Source: Marsupella aquatica (taxonomy: Eukaryota > Plantae > Marchantiophyta). From it: DNA of 64,000 nucleotides. Under the pieces are notes generated by a model. The model did not search any database. It was not told the DNA's origin and worked only from the letters and a program-made list of their open reading frames with translations. The stretch spans positions 20,472,169 to 20,536,168 of the forward strand of contig OZ316891.1 in NCBI GenBank assembly GCA_973895155.1, written 5' to 3'. The position numbers and the translations under genes were made by a program. Shown here in pieces: positions 36,783 to 47,485 of this stretch; within the stretch, counting starts at the first letter, position 1, and every line of letters starts with the position of its first letter.

Positions 36783-38281
36783 TGATAGCCTCATTAACAA
36801 ATGAAATGGGGATTCTTTCTATCCCTCTAGAGATGTAATGCATGCATAGTAGTCACATATTTGATTGACTATGTGTCATCGCTATACCTTTATCATCAAT
36901 ATGCTATCAATGAATACCTACATTTGAAAATGTATACTTTAAAAATAAGTTGAAAAAATAGTTCTGTTAGGAAAGCCATTTGAAAGAGGTTCCCTTTTGT
37001 TCCATATGAGATACTCGGCGGCACATTGGTCAAATTTTGCTAATTAAATTGCATGAATGACTACACAGTTTCACAATCTGTCAGATTATATATTTGAGAG
37101 AGAGAGAGAGATACGAGAAGAAATGCTTTAATTTGTAATGTTTTTTTATGAAAAGATAATAAAAAAAATTGAGGAATAAATTTTCTCTTCAATTGTTCAC
37201 CTATTCGCTTCAAGGATACACTGATATGATCATTGAGGGTTCGAGATCATACCTTGATCAGGAATTATGAGTCCCTAAGAATCTACCTTCAGTCGTACAC
37301 GTTGGTAACTGCGGACAGCAATATGTCAATGTACCCGTTTGTTGACTGGTCTCCTGCAATTCAGGCTTCCATCAATTCCAGCACTTTGAATTATTTTTTG
37401 ATATGTCAAATTTGATTTTAGTCATGGAAAAGGATAGGGAGACATAGTGTTCATGACTACTTATGAGGAATTATCAACAAATTCTTGACATAATGTTAGT
37501 CGTGGTTTATCTGTCATGGAAGATAATGTGGAGACATTAGTATTCATAATAACTGGTTCTGGTGAATTAGCAATAAGTTCTTGAAATGTCAAGAAATTGC
37601 TGTCAGTTGATGCATGTACTGACAAAATGAAAAGAGGGAGAGAGATTTGGGGATCCACCCTGGTTCCCTGTAGGACTGGGAGGTTTCTTGTGCAAGTGGC
37701 CTCTCACTTTCATGTAAAGCCAATGTGGGCCACTCACTTGATATGAAGGGTTGTGATGAAATCTGAAATTAAGGTGCTCAAAGTGGCTGTCTATTAACAC
37801 CCCTAATAACCTCTCAAAGCTTTCCAGTAAGGGTTATATATATATTGCCAAGAACAAAAAATGTCAAACTGGGAAATAGAATACAGAGGAAAGTTGACCC
37901 AATATAGAGAAGAAAATAAGAGAAAACCCAGGACAACAAAGAGTGGAAAACCCCAGAGTACCTTACAACAACAAAATAATTAAAACCCTATCGGCCAACA
38001 AAATGAAAATCTTACAAACTGAAAAGCTTGGTACAACTCCGGATAAAGAGTATAGGGGCGTCACATTTTTTCTTCTTCTAGAGGCCCTAAACAGGCACAA
38101 CCCTACAAGAACAATGAATGCTAGAGCTCTCAGTAGAGCTAATAGACAGTAGGGTCTAAACACAGAAATGAGGACAAAAACTAAGAGACAAGACCTAAGC
38201 TCTACACAAAAGACAACACATGCTAGAAAGAAACAATAGATAAGGTTTACAGTAGAGACCTCCAAAGGAAGCAAGTAGAAT

Positions 38282-38642
38282 AGGGCATCTCAAACCAGTT
38301 GTTTCCCGCTTTTTTTTGGTCAGCCATTGGGGGAATTTCCATCCTCAACCATGCCAAAACCCAACATTGAGGCAAACTTTGGGGGTTTTCTGTTTGAGAT
38401 GAGTCACAACATCCGTCCCCATGTTAACTGACCACCACCACAATTTTGAATTCAGTTTAGTTTTCTGAAGGGGTTGAGTGATTGCACCTACCAATTTTTG
38501 GTACAGATGCTGGTGCACTAGAAGCCCAAGTTAGTAGCAGTCTAATTTTCCAGGAACTTTCTATCCACGACCCCGGCTCGCAACATTCCAGTCACATAAA
38601 ACCTCCACTCAACAACTACAGTAGAGTAGTTTGAGACGCCCT
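38282..38642. mobile_element. Small TIR element (ANT-TSD family)
   Basis: AGGGCATCTCAAA...TTTGAGACGCCCT flanked by AAT/AAT; its 3' half is homologous to about 39973-40184 + 40642-40661. Confidence 0.75.
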
Positions 38643-39620
38643 AATAATGTCAGGAGCAGCCATTTTTTTGTGGGCAAAAAACATCCGATCATTCACCTAA
38701 ATAAGAGGCAAAAAAAAGGCATGCTAATGACACTCAAGCTGAAATTTAAAAGATTCTGTTTCATTGCCAACAACTAATGCACTATTGGGGAATGTTAGCC
38801 ATGACATATTCTACAACAATCAGAAACTACTATATATTTGAAAGAAAATTCATGGCTCCTTTGTAGGTTAATTTTTGGTACTTGTTCCTTCATCATCTTT
38901 TGGTTGGGGACCCCTTGACTTGTTTTTCTTGGGGCTCTTTCCCCTCCTTTCCTTTCCTTTCCTTCATTGGATTGCTTTTACTTTGGGATCATGTCTCTCG
39001 GTTCTGCAATTTTTTGCCTTTGGGCACTGTGATATATTAAATACTCCATAACCAGACATGTGCTTGTCTGTAAGGGTATAAATAGTAGCTACCTTGGCTA
39101 ATGTTTAAAAAGAAGAAATTAGTTCGTGGACCCCTTGGCTAATAAAATCAGGGGGAAGAGTCGATCTGAGCCGTCTCCATTTCTTATCTCCGGAAATCTC
39201 GTCCGTCCATCATAATGGCCAATCTATGGCTCAAAAGAAAGATCTCAAATAGATCTATGGATGGGTTCTGTCCGTTTTGCAAATGGGTTAATATTTTTCA
39301 AATGAAAAATTAAACAAATCCAAGCCTTCCTAGCCGTCGATTTTGTTGATTTTACGATCTTTGCCGTCCATTTTGTAATGCCTCTAGAAATCTTATTCAT
39401 CCATGTTAGAAGACGATCTAGGGTGCAAAAGAAAGATCTCAATGAGATCTACGACTGTGTATTTTTTGTTTTGAGAATGAGTAAATAGTTTTGAGTATAA
39501 AATTCAATGAACTTTCAAGATTCTAGCCATTCCTCCTCCCTGATCCTGGGTTTCTATGTGTTCTTCCCAACATTAATGGCTGTACAATACGAGAGGTCCT
39601 TACATACCGGGAGTTGTAGT

Positions 39621-39955
39621 TTAACAAGGAAGTTATCAAGTTAGTTATTAGTCATTATTTATTATATGAAAAATACTTTTTATAAATCTTTGAATTTAAG
39701 TTTTTAAATTGAAAATGTAACTAAAACGGTTACATAGTGACAGTTTTAACCGTCTTGCTCTTTGCATTTCCAATGTTTTTACTTTTCTTTTTACGGCACG
39801 GCGTCCCAAAATTTACACCCAAATTGACACAAACACGAATGAAACCTATAAGTTTGATTCACAAAACTGACGAGTCTTGTTTGTTGTGGTTGTCGTTGAC
39901 GTGGCACGCTGTGGTGCCAGGAACTTTGGAAGGGACCTCTAGTGGGGTCCGTAAA
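39621..39955. repeat. Dispersed repeat (inverted copy at about 60450-60785, partial copy at about 55050-55237)
   Basis: TTAACAAGGAAGTTATCAAGTTAGTTATT...TTACGGCACGGCGTCCCAAAATTTACACCCAAATTGA...GGGGTCCGTAA matches the reverse complement of 60450-60785. Confidence 0.8.
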
Positions 39956-40184
39956 AAATGGTTGCACCAAGCAATTGCACCGACCAATACTTGCTACGGA
40001 TGCTGGTGCACTAGCTGCCCGAGTTAGTAGCGGTCGTGTTTTCCAGGAACTGCAGATCTTCTATCTGCAACCTGGCCCACAACATTCCGGTCGCATAAAA
40101 CCTCCACTCAACAACCAGGTCTTCCATACGCGACCCGGCCCAAAACATTCTGGTCACATAAAACCTCCACTCAACAACTAGAGT

Positions 40185-40638
40185 AGGGAGTCTCAAATAT
40201 GTGAATTTTGCGAGCAGGACCACACCTGAGACTGCCCCAGGTCGGGCTAACGGTCCTGACTGGTTGGGCACCAAATGTCACGCCCAGGATTTAGTGACCG
40301 ATAGGGAGGGCCGGCAAAACCTTGCAGACTACCTCGCAACTCTGTGCTTTGTCCCTGAAAGATTGAAGGTAGAGGGTCCAGCTTGCCAGTGTTCAAAGCG
40401 AGCGTCACGGACCCACTCAATGTTGACAACACCCGGAAAAAAATGGCCCGGGTGTACCCATTTTTAGTGTGCGCGAGTGCTTTCGGCCCCCAGTGAGATC
40501 ATTTTTTTTGGCCATATTTGAGAAGCCTTTTTTTGGCCATATTTGAGAAGCCCTGGCCCGGGTGTACCCATTTAAAGTGTGCTCGAGTGCTTTCGGGCCC
40601 CAGTGAGATCATTTTTTGGGCCATATTTGAGAAGCCCT
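40185..40638. mobile_element. TIR element (ANT-TSD family) nested in a related element
   Basis: AGGGAGTCTCAAA...TTTGAGAAGCCCT flanked by AGT/AGT; the homologous site at about 38620 has a single AGT. Internal duplications near its right end. Confidence 0.75.
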
Positions 40639-41293
40639 AGTAGAGTAGTTTTGAGACCCCTAATAAAAGAAAGTTGGGGAGGTATTGTGTTGGCAACCCA
40701 AGTCGCCCACAAAGGCCGAATTCAAATTAAAGGAGAAGAGGAGGAGATTAGAGCTCAGGTTCCGTATAATCCTCGTAACGCTTCGATGAAGCTTTTCCCA
40801 AATATAGTGCCAACAACAAAACAAGCGAAGCAGTCCGAAAATAGCTCGAGCGAGAAATCGATTGACATCGATCGTCGTACTCTCTCGCAGATTGGGAGGC
40901 AGCGAGACAGACAGACCCTAATCTCTACACGAGCTCGCTCGATCGACTGTACCAGTGGAAAACGATCGCGGATAACTTGTTGATCGACGGAGAGGGGTTC
41001 TGTGCCTCGTTGGCAGGCAAGCAATCAATCTCTTTGCCCAGACGCATGGGTACCCACACCTTGCTCGTTCACGCTACCTCGGCAGAGGGCGTCGATCGCA
41101 TCAGCTGCTGGCGAAGCAGCTGAGTCTCGTCCAGTCTGGTGGTGGAGTGTTCGGCGGGACGGAGAGCTTTTTGGAGGGGAAGAGTGAAAGGCGTGGAGTT
41201 TGAGAATTTTGCCTTTGGTGCCAATTTGATGAGGCGAAGCTCTGGAGGTGGTGAGAAAGATTTGCGTCCTACGAACAAGATACGCACGCACCG

Positions 41294-43671
41294 GTGAGTC
41301 TTTTCTGCACTCGGCCAGAACTCGCAGCACTCGTGGTTCCGGAGCTAGCTCTCTTGACGTCCGACGCTGGTCATAGGGTGTCGTATGAAATGAAAATTTC
41401 TGCGCTACTTTCTCGTGGTCGTTGGGTGGCTTGCTTGAGGGGCGGGCCCTCTTCCAGTTTGGGTGGTGCGGTGATGTTTTCGGGGGAAGTGTGGTTGAGT
41501 GCTGGTGTGAGTGAAAAAAAGGTAACGCTACAGTAGCTGCGATTCGACTCGTTTATTAGGTTTGCACAGAGTCGCTTCTTCCTCGCGCATCGGTGCGCCT
41601 GAATAATTGGATAGACGGAACAAACGCTTGATGTTAATGTCTGTCCAACGAGGCGTGGCGTGAGAGACCCAGGCCCAAGACAAGTCAAGGTTGGAAGAAA
41701 ATGAACCACGAGATTTAGTCCACCTCGCCACTCAGCAGAAGGACGAGATGTCAGTGCCCAGTCACTGATTTGTGAGTTTGGTGGTGCTACGGTGTCCTTG
41801 TTTATTTTTTGCTGAATGAAGTGCACGATGGCCGGGTATGGGTCACCGCGAGTGTCCGAGTCTGCTGCTCTTCTCCTCTCTTGGGGGTTGGGGGACTAGT
41901 GACCGTTGCGTAAGCTGGGTCGGGCATAGACATCTACATTGGACACTCCAGTGAGTCTTGTCCTAGTCTTTTTGAGATTTGGTGTGCCTTTTTAATCTTA
42001 CGTTAGGATATGCGGGGTTTATTTGCGCAATTTCGTCGACCTTTCTCAAATATGATTAAACACTATGTAACTTTTTCTTGTCCCAAAAACCTTACCAGAA
42101 ATGGAGACGTGTTCAGAGGTTCAGTCACCACCTTTTAATAACCGAACGTGCAGTGACACTCAACGAGCAGGATTTTAATTTTGGCTCTCCCTCAGTCGTC
42201 TTCAGAAAATAAGTATGCGCCGTAGTCAAACATGTTCGTGAGTGTCAAGTTTTCCGATTGATATCAATTATCTAGTACCGAACAGTCTTGTGCAACCATG
42301 ACAATAATTCCCTTTTGACGTCTCTGAGCACTCTGTACGATTGTAGTTTGGAACAAGACCCTCACGGAAGAACGCTCCAATTTAGCCTGGAACTTTATGG
42401 GGTTTAGTGATTATTCCCGTCTCGAGTTGATTTCCATTGCGAGTCTTATTTGCCGATAAGATTGCGAAAATTTGACAGGCGGATGTCTAGAGCGTTGAAG
42501 TATGGGAAAAGCTTCTCATCTCGAGGAGTTTTTTTGCGCTTTTGGAATTTTTTCATGCATTGAACCATGTTCTCTAACCGCGAAGTTCATAAACCAGTAC
42601 TCAACAGCTTGAGAACCACTACTCGCCATAGTTAATGTGTTCATCAAGTAGAAGAAGCTACACGATAGTATTCATGTGAAGATCACGGAAGCTTTACGTC
42701 TGCTCCAGAAGAAGTGAGTATAGCGCAGTGTCACCGGGTGCAGTTTTGACTTGGGGGTTCTTTTTGAGTCCGCGATGAACAGCCTTTTTCCGTTCTTCTA
42801 GAATTATTATTATCCTAGAAAGGACGGAGGGTCTTTGGACTAGGAAACGTCTGTTGTCGAGGAAACCTTTTTCAAGAACGTGCAGGTCATTTTGTGAAAT
42901 TCTTCGTTTTTCCTTAGCAATTCGAAAGGAATGCTTAATAAGCGTAGGTAGGCGGAGTGAACCTGCTACTAGTGCACAACTTGGTTGTGGTTGCTTACGA
43001 GGTTATCGATGGACGAAAAGGGTTTGGTGCGGGGCTTGATTCGTTTCTTAGGAGGAGAGGCCCTATGAGGCAGGCTCCGATGGTGGAGAGGAGTAAACCG
43101 AATAAAAAGAATATGCCAGAAAGGGTTACTTCAAGAAGGATGAATTATATTTCTGAAGGCGTCTATGGTGAGATGATGAGTGTCGGTAGGATTCTGTTAC
43201 AAGTAGTGAAGAGCGAAGAGTGAAGTGGGTGCATGTTATAAGGCAGCCTCTCAGAGAGATGAGCCTGTACAGAAAGTATTTCGGTTTCTGGTTTCGCGGG
43301 ATTTTCACAGAGAGCTGAAGAGTGGCAGTAGAAGGTAGTCGTGCACGACAGACTTCTTGTTTTACAAAGAGCTTTAAAGAGAGGTAAACAGTCACTGTTG
43401 AAAGGTAGTTGACAAGCTACTTTGTGCTATACGCACTGGAGCTTCAGAAAGACAATAGTCGTGGTCATGATATGTACTGCCGGCTTCAATTTTGATAGGG
43501 AGAGAGTTATAAATAGAGGCGCACACTGGCAGGCGGAAGGAGGAGTTATTGGGAGCAGGTGTTGTTTCTTGTGTGGTGCTTTCGTCAATGCATGGGATGA
43601 TCTCTTGAAAGGCGCCGCGTCTGATTATTGATTTTTGCTTATCTTGTTGCTTGATGCTGCTAGATTTGCAG
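41294..43671 (+). other. Predicted long 5'-leader intron (about 2.4 kb) of the SAM-domain gene
   Basis: Donor CCG|GTGAGT at 41294 after a leader-like region; pyrimidine-rich acceptor TTTGCAG ending 43671, 44 nt before the ATG. Confidence 0.5.
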
Positions 43672-43715
43672 GTCGAAGAACAAACGAGATCAGGAAGAGA
43701 GAGTAGAACAATATA

Positions 43716-45044
43716 ATGCCCGCAGCTATGGAGGGTTGGCGCTCGTCAGGGGCCTCGTCGAAGGAAGAGCAAGAATCGGGGGGAACGACAGGTAGCGGAG
43801 GCACAGGGATGAAAATTAGCGAGCTGGCCCAGCTTATACCTTTGGTTGCAGCTGGCAGCAAGAGGCAACGAAGGCCGAGTGTGCGGCTGGGCGAGATTGG
43901 GGATCTCAAAGTAGCAGCCTCCAAGAGTGAATCGTTAAGTTCAGTGAGATGGATTTCTCCGAATTTAATTCCCAAGAAGTCGTCGTCGGGCGTCACGAGA
44001 GGAGGTAAATTGCCGAGGACGAGGCCGCTTGCCAATGTTACGCACCGTGGAGAGATTGGACAGGTTCTTGGCTCCCCCAAAGTGGGCACTAACGAGGTCG
44101 TCGTAGTTCCTGCTGCCCCTATTGCGTCTACTGAGGTTCCTGCAGGAGACGATGTTGAGAAGGACGAGGAAGATGGAGACGCGGAGGAAGCAGCGCCTCC
44201 TAGCACTAGTGGACGGGGAAATTACGGTAATCTCACTACGAGCCCTCGATATGGTACCAATAGGAGGGGGAAACCCGGTAAGCGTAAACGAGCTGCCAGC
44301 ATTCGATCTAGCAGTATTGCGAAGACTATCGGAGAGGTAGCACTTAATCGCAAAGCGAAGGAGCTTCAGAAAGTCGGATACATCGGTAACCTGATACCAG
44401 CCGCAGCGCCAGCTGCCTCCACTGCAGACGTTTCGGAGCAATTGAATATAGAGTTCGCCGAGCTGAGCGGTACGCAGGCGGACATGGAGGAAGACAGTGG
44501 CGCAGGGAGGGGTGGTCCTGGCAGTAACAACAATAATGATGAAGAGAACAGTGATGAAGAAGAACACACTCAGAACGGTGACACGGAGGTATTGGAAGGC
44601 GACAATGGCAACGGCGAAGATTCCTCAGGACGACATGAAGAGGATGAGCCCGGGACCAGCCTTGGCGTTAGAGATAACCAAATTATGGACACGAATGGAA
44701 CTAAGGGTGCTCCCCATGATTTCCAGCTACCTAACAAGGGCGATCACAGGGATCATTGCACCAGTCGACTGACTGATGGCGAGAAGGATCGCAAGAACGC
44801 CCTGCTGGTCAGAGAAGCGTCCATGAACGGGAGACGAGGTGATGCACGAGTCAGGGATTGGCTCGGCTCGCTCGGTCTTGAGAAGTATAGCGACCTATTC
44901 GAGGAGAACGAAGTGGACAATGATGTCTTACACCTCCTGACTTTCGAGGATCTCAAAGAAATGGGTGTTGTGGCCGTTGGGGCTCGTCGCAAGATGTTTG
45001 CTGCTATTCAACTGTTGGTTCCGTCTACCTTGGTGGGCCGTTAG
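43716..45044 (+). CDS. Plant sterile alpha motif (SAM) domain protein, 442 aa, intronless CDS
   Basis: C-terminal SAM domain (VRDWLGSLGLEKYSDLFEENEVDNDVLHLLTFEDLKEMGVVAVGARRKMFAAI) and N-terminal KRQRRPSVRLGEIG motif seen in plant SAM-only proteins; acidic disordered middle. Confidence 0.92.
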   Translation: MPAAMEGWRSSGASSKEEQESGGTTGSGGTGMKISELAQLIPLVAAGSKRQRRPSVRLGEIGDLKVAASKSESLSSVRWISPNLIPKKSSSGVTRGGKLPRTRPLANVTHRGEIGQVLGSPKVGTNEVVVVPAAPIASTEVPAGDDVEKDEEDGDAEEAAPPSTSGRGNYGNLTTSPRYGTNRRGKPGKRKRAASIRSSSIAKTIGEVALNRKAKELQKVGYIGNLIPAAAPAASTADVSEQLNIEFAELSGTQADMEEDSGAGRGGPGSNNNNDEENSDEEEHTQNGDTEVLEGDNGNGEDSSGRHEEDEPGTSLGVRDNQIMDTNGTKGAPHDFQLPNKGDHRDHCTSRLTDGEKDRKNALLVREASMNGRRGDARVRDWLGSLGLEKYSDLFEENEVDNDVLHLLTFEDLKEMGVVAVGARRKMFAAIQLLVPSTLVGR

Positions 45045-47485
45045 TCCAAGCTAGTAAGCAGGTGAGAAGAATCTTGTATGTACAACTGATCCACACGTAG
45101 TAAGGAACAACAACTTTGCAACAGGCTCACCAAATTTCTATGAGGGGAATCTAACAGCAAGGCTAAGGATGGTGTTCCTGTTGACGAGTGCGATCACTGT
45201 GTATTATTCGCGGACCTCTTGCAAGGATGTTTTTTGGGTGGACGATGAAACATGCCTGCAGGTGAAAATGTACAACTACAAACGAGAAGGGTCCTTCCAG
45301 GGCTGTTGAATGCATAATTCCGGTTTAGGATGTGTGGGCTCGTTCCGTTATGAACTTGTTTCTAGTCGAACGAGTACTTTAGGACTTCGAACCTAGTTTT
45401 GTAGCCTTTATTTGTGAAATAGATAGATAGGTAGATAACCCTAAACCAATTGCTGCTGACGGACTGTTCCAGACTGTTTGTAACGATGAACCTCGTCGCT
45501 CATTGCTCAGAACAATCTGCAGGCTGGGTAGCTTTCCTAACTAGCAGGGTTTTGGTGGTCTTCCCCTCAGAGGAGCTTATTGTGTGAAATCCTAGTATGA
45601 TCAACGAATCAAGATAAGGTTTGGAACTATATCTGCTGGAACTTTTCCGACAACAAGCTCCTCTGACGAGTTGATTGTAAATGTTGTCCGACACTTTAGT
45701 ATGAGCTTCCTCCGCCTCACGTAGTCTAAACTGCGGAAAAAAGGTTGTACCCAAGGGGTAAGATAGTTCCGCGGTGGGTGGGAGGACGCTCATACTTTTG
45801 AGCAAACTCTTGATAGAGAATGTAGACCAATGTGAAACTCTACTTTGTTTCTTCTACGCTACATAGTTTATCTTCACCAAATGTCCCAGATTCTGACAAT
45901 GTACAAAGCTTCATTTCAAGTGCTCGTTGTCTATCTAGTGCACATCTTACTTTTAAGCAGGTTTCCATGGGTTCATCCGAATCCTGGAAAACTGGCATGC
46001 TGAGTAATTTACCATTATGAACTTCTCTAGTTTCCCATCCCTTCAATAGCTATGCCTTGCGTTACTTCGTATTGTCTATATGCGAACTTCTCAGGCATGA
46101 AGAAATCATTGCTTTTCAATGACACAGGAGATTTCAATTATGTCGGAGAACAAATCTTGCCATTGGAAATGTGTCAATCGGGATTGTAAAAATGTCGGTT
46201 CAGCGGTCTATCCCCGTGAGACTTTCAGTAAGATGCTGAGTGCTGAAAGGCCGAGCTCTCGCAGCAATCTACAGGGGCTTTACTCCATATGTACACTTCA
46301 AGCTGCTTTTAGGTTTCTACTGAGTGAATCAAGATTATCAGAAATGCCTGACCGAAAGAAGAACATCTCAACAAATGTCTTCGATTATCTGGTCTCCAAA
46401 TCGCTATTCTCCCATAATTCGTCGTACATTAGATCGGTTCTTGAACACATCCTTCACAATACACCTGATTGTGAAACTTAAGTTTGCTTGGAAACGATGC
46501 ACACTCGCTGTAAGTTTCAGTTCAGAGTTTCAAATGGGATCAAATTGTCCGTCTGGAACAGAGTGGTGCCCGGGTACTGTAGCTCCATATCAAGAGCAGT
46601 GTGACCGGTGCCATAGTCATATCTTGTAGCATTTCCACCTGATAGTCTCTTGCTTTGTTGAAAGTCCTTCATGCCCGATCTGCTTTCCTCCCATGAGGCA
46701 AATTTGCGTTCTTTCTTACAAATAAAAGCATGGTTGTTTGGCCATCCCCTTCGAAAGAAATGACCCACCAATCCTCAAGCCTCATGGGCCAGTAGTCACC
46801 TTTGCCAGTAAAGAAACAACTTTGCTCTAACAAAGTGCTCCGTCATGAGCCCTGAGAGCGGGACCATGGCGAAAGTCAACTGGCAATGGGAATAACAAAT
46901 TGACTTTTATGCGTCAATGTTACAAGAGGAGGGTCCTCATTTGGCAAAAATCTGTGCTGAAAATGGGATTAACAAATGAATTTTCTCACATCAATGCTAC
47001 CAGATGATGGTCCCCTCTTCAGCCTGGAATAACATGGGGGTGAATATACCATAAAAATACTCTTGAAAATCTGTACCAGCCCAAAAACAATACTATAGGA
47101 AAATTGTAACTACTGTAGCGTTATTGGACAAAAATGCCCAGGTAGGTCACAAAGTTTGACAAGTAACTCAAAAATAGACCACTTCAAGCCTCATTGTAAA
47201 CTGAATTAGTGTCATTCCATTGTATAAACCGTCCAATCCGACCTGCAAGGTTACACATTTGTGGGTCCATCTAACCATCAATCATTTCCTTTAGCACAAA
47301 TTAAAAATTTCAATATGGTGACCGTGACTCAAGGAAAACTCTACGGTGCTTCGTCTAGCATCAGTTTTTGAGATTGGACACAATTAAACGTTTGTTAAGA
47401 TTACATCTTCGGGTTCCAAAAGTCCGTCTAGCATTTTTGGATACCATGGGGGCCCTTTTGCCTTCAAAGAAACTTTATTAGCGTC

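Noticed and set aside
22907-40661. TIR family as Tc1/mariner (TA TSD) or Tourist (TWA TSD)
   Set aside because: Empty-site comparisons at 33881/34405 and 38620/40182 fit a 3-bp AAT or AGT duplication, not TA or TAA/TTA.
43173-43320. Box C/D snoRNA in the SAM-gene leader intron
   Set aside because: ATGATGA and a distant CTGA are present, but no terminal stem or recognisable rRNA guide.
43625-44992. Antisense ORFs (193 and 200 aa) over the SAM gene, and similar ones over the CRF and RLK genes
   Set aside because: Shadow ORFs of genuine coding sequence with no independent support.
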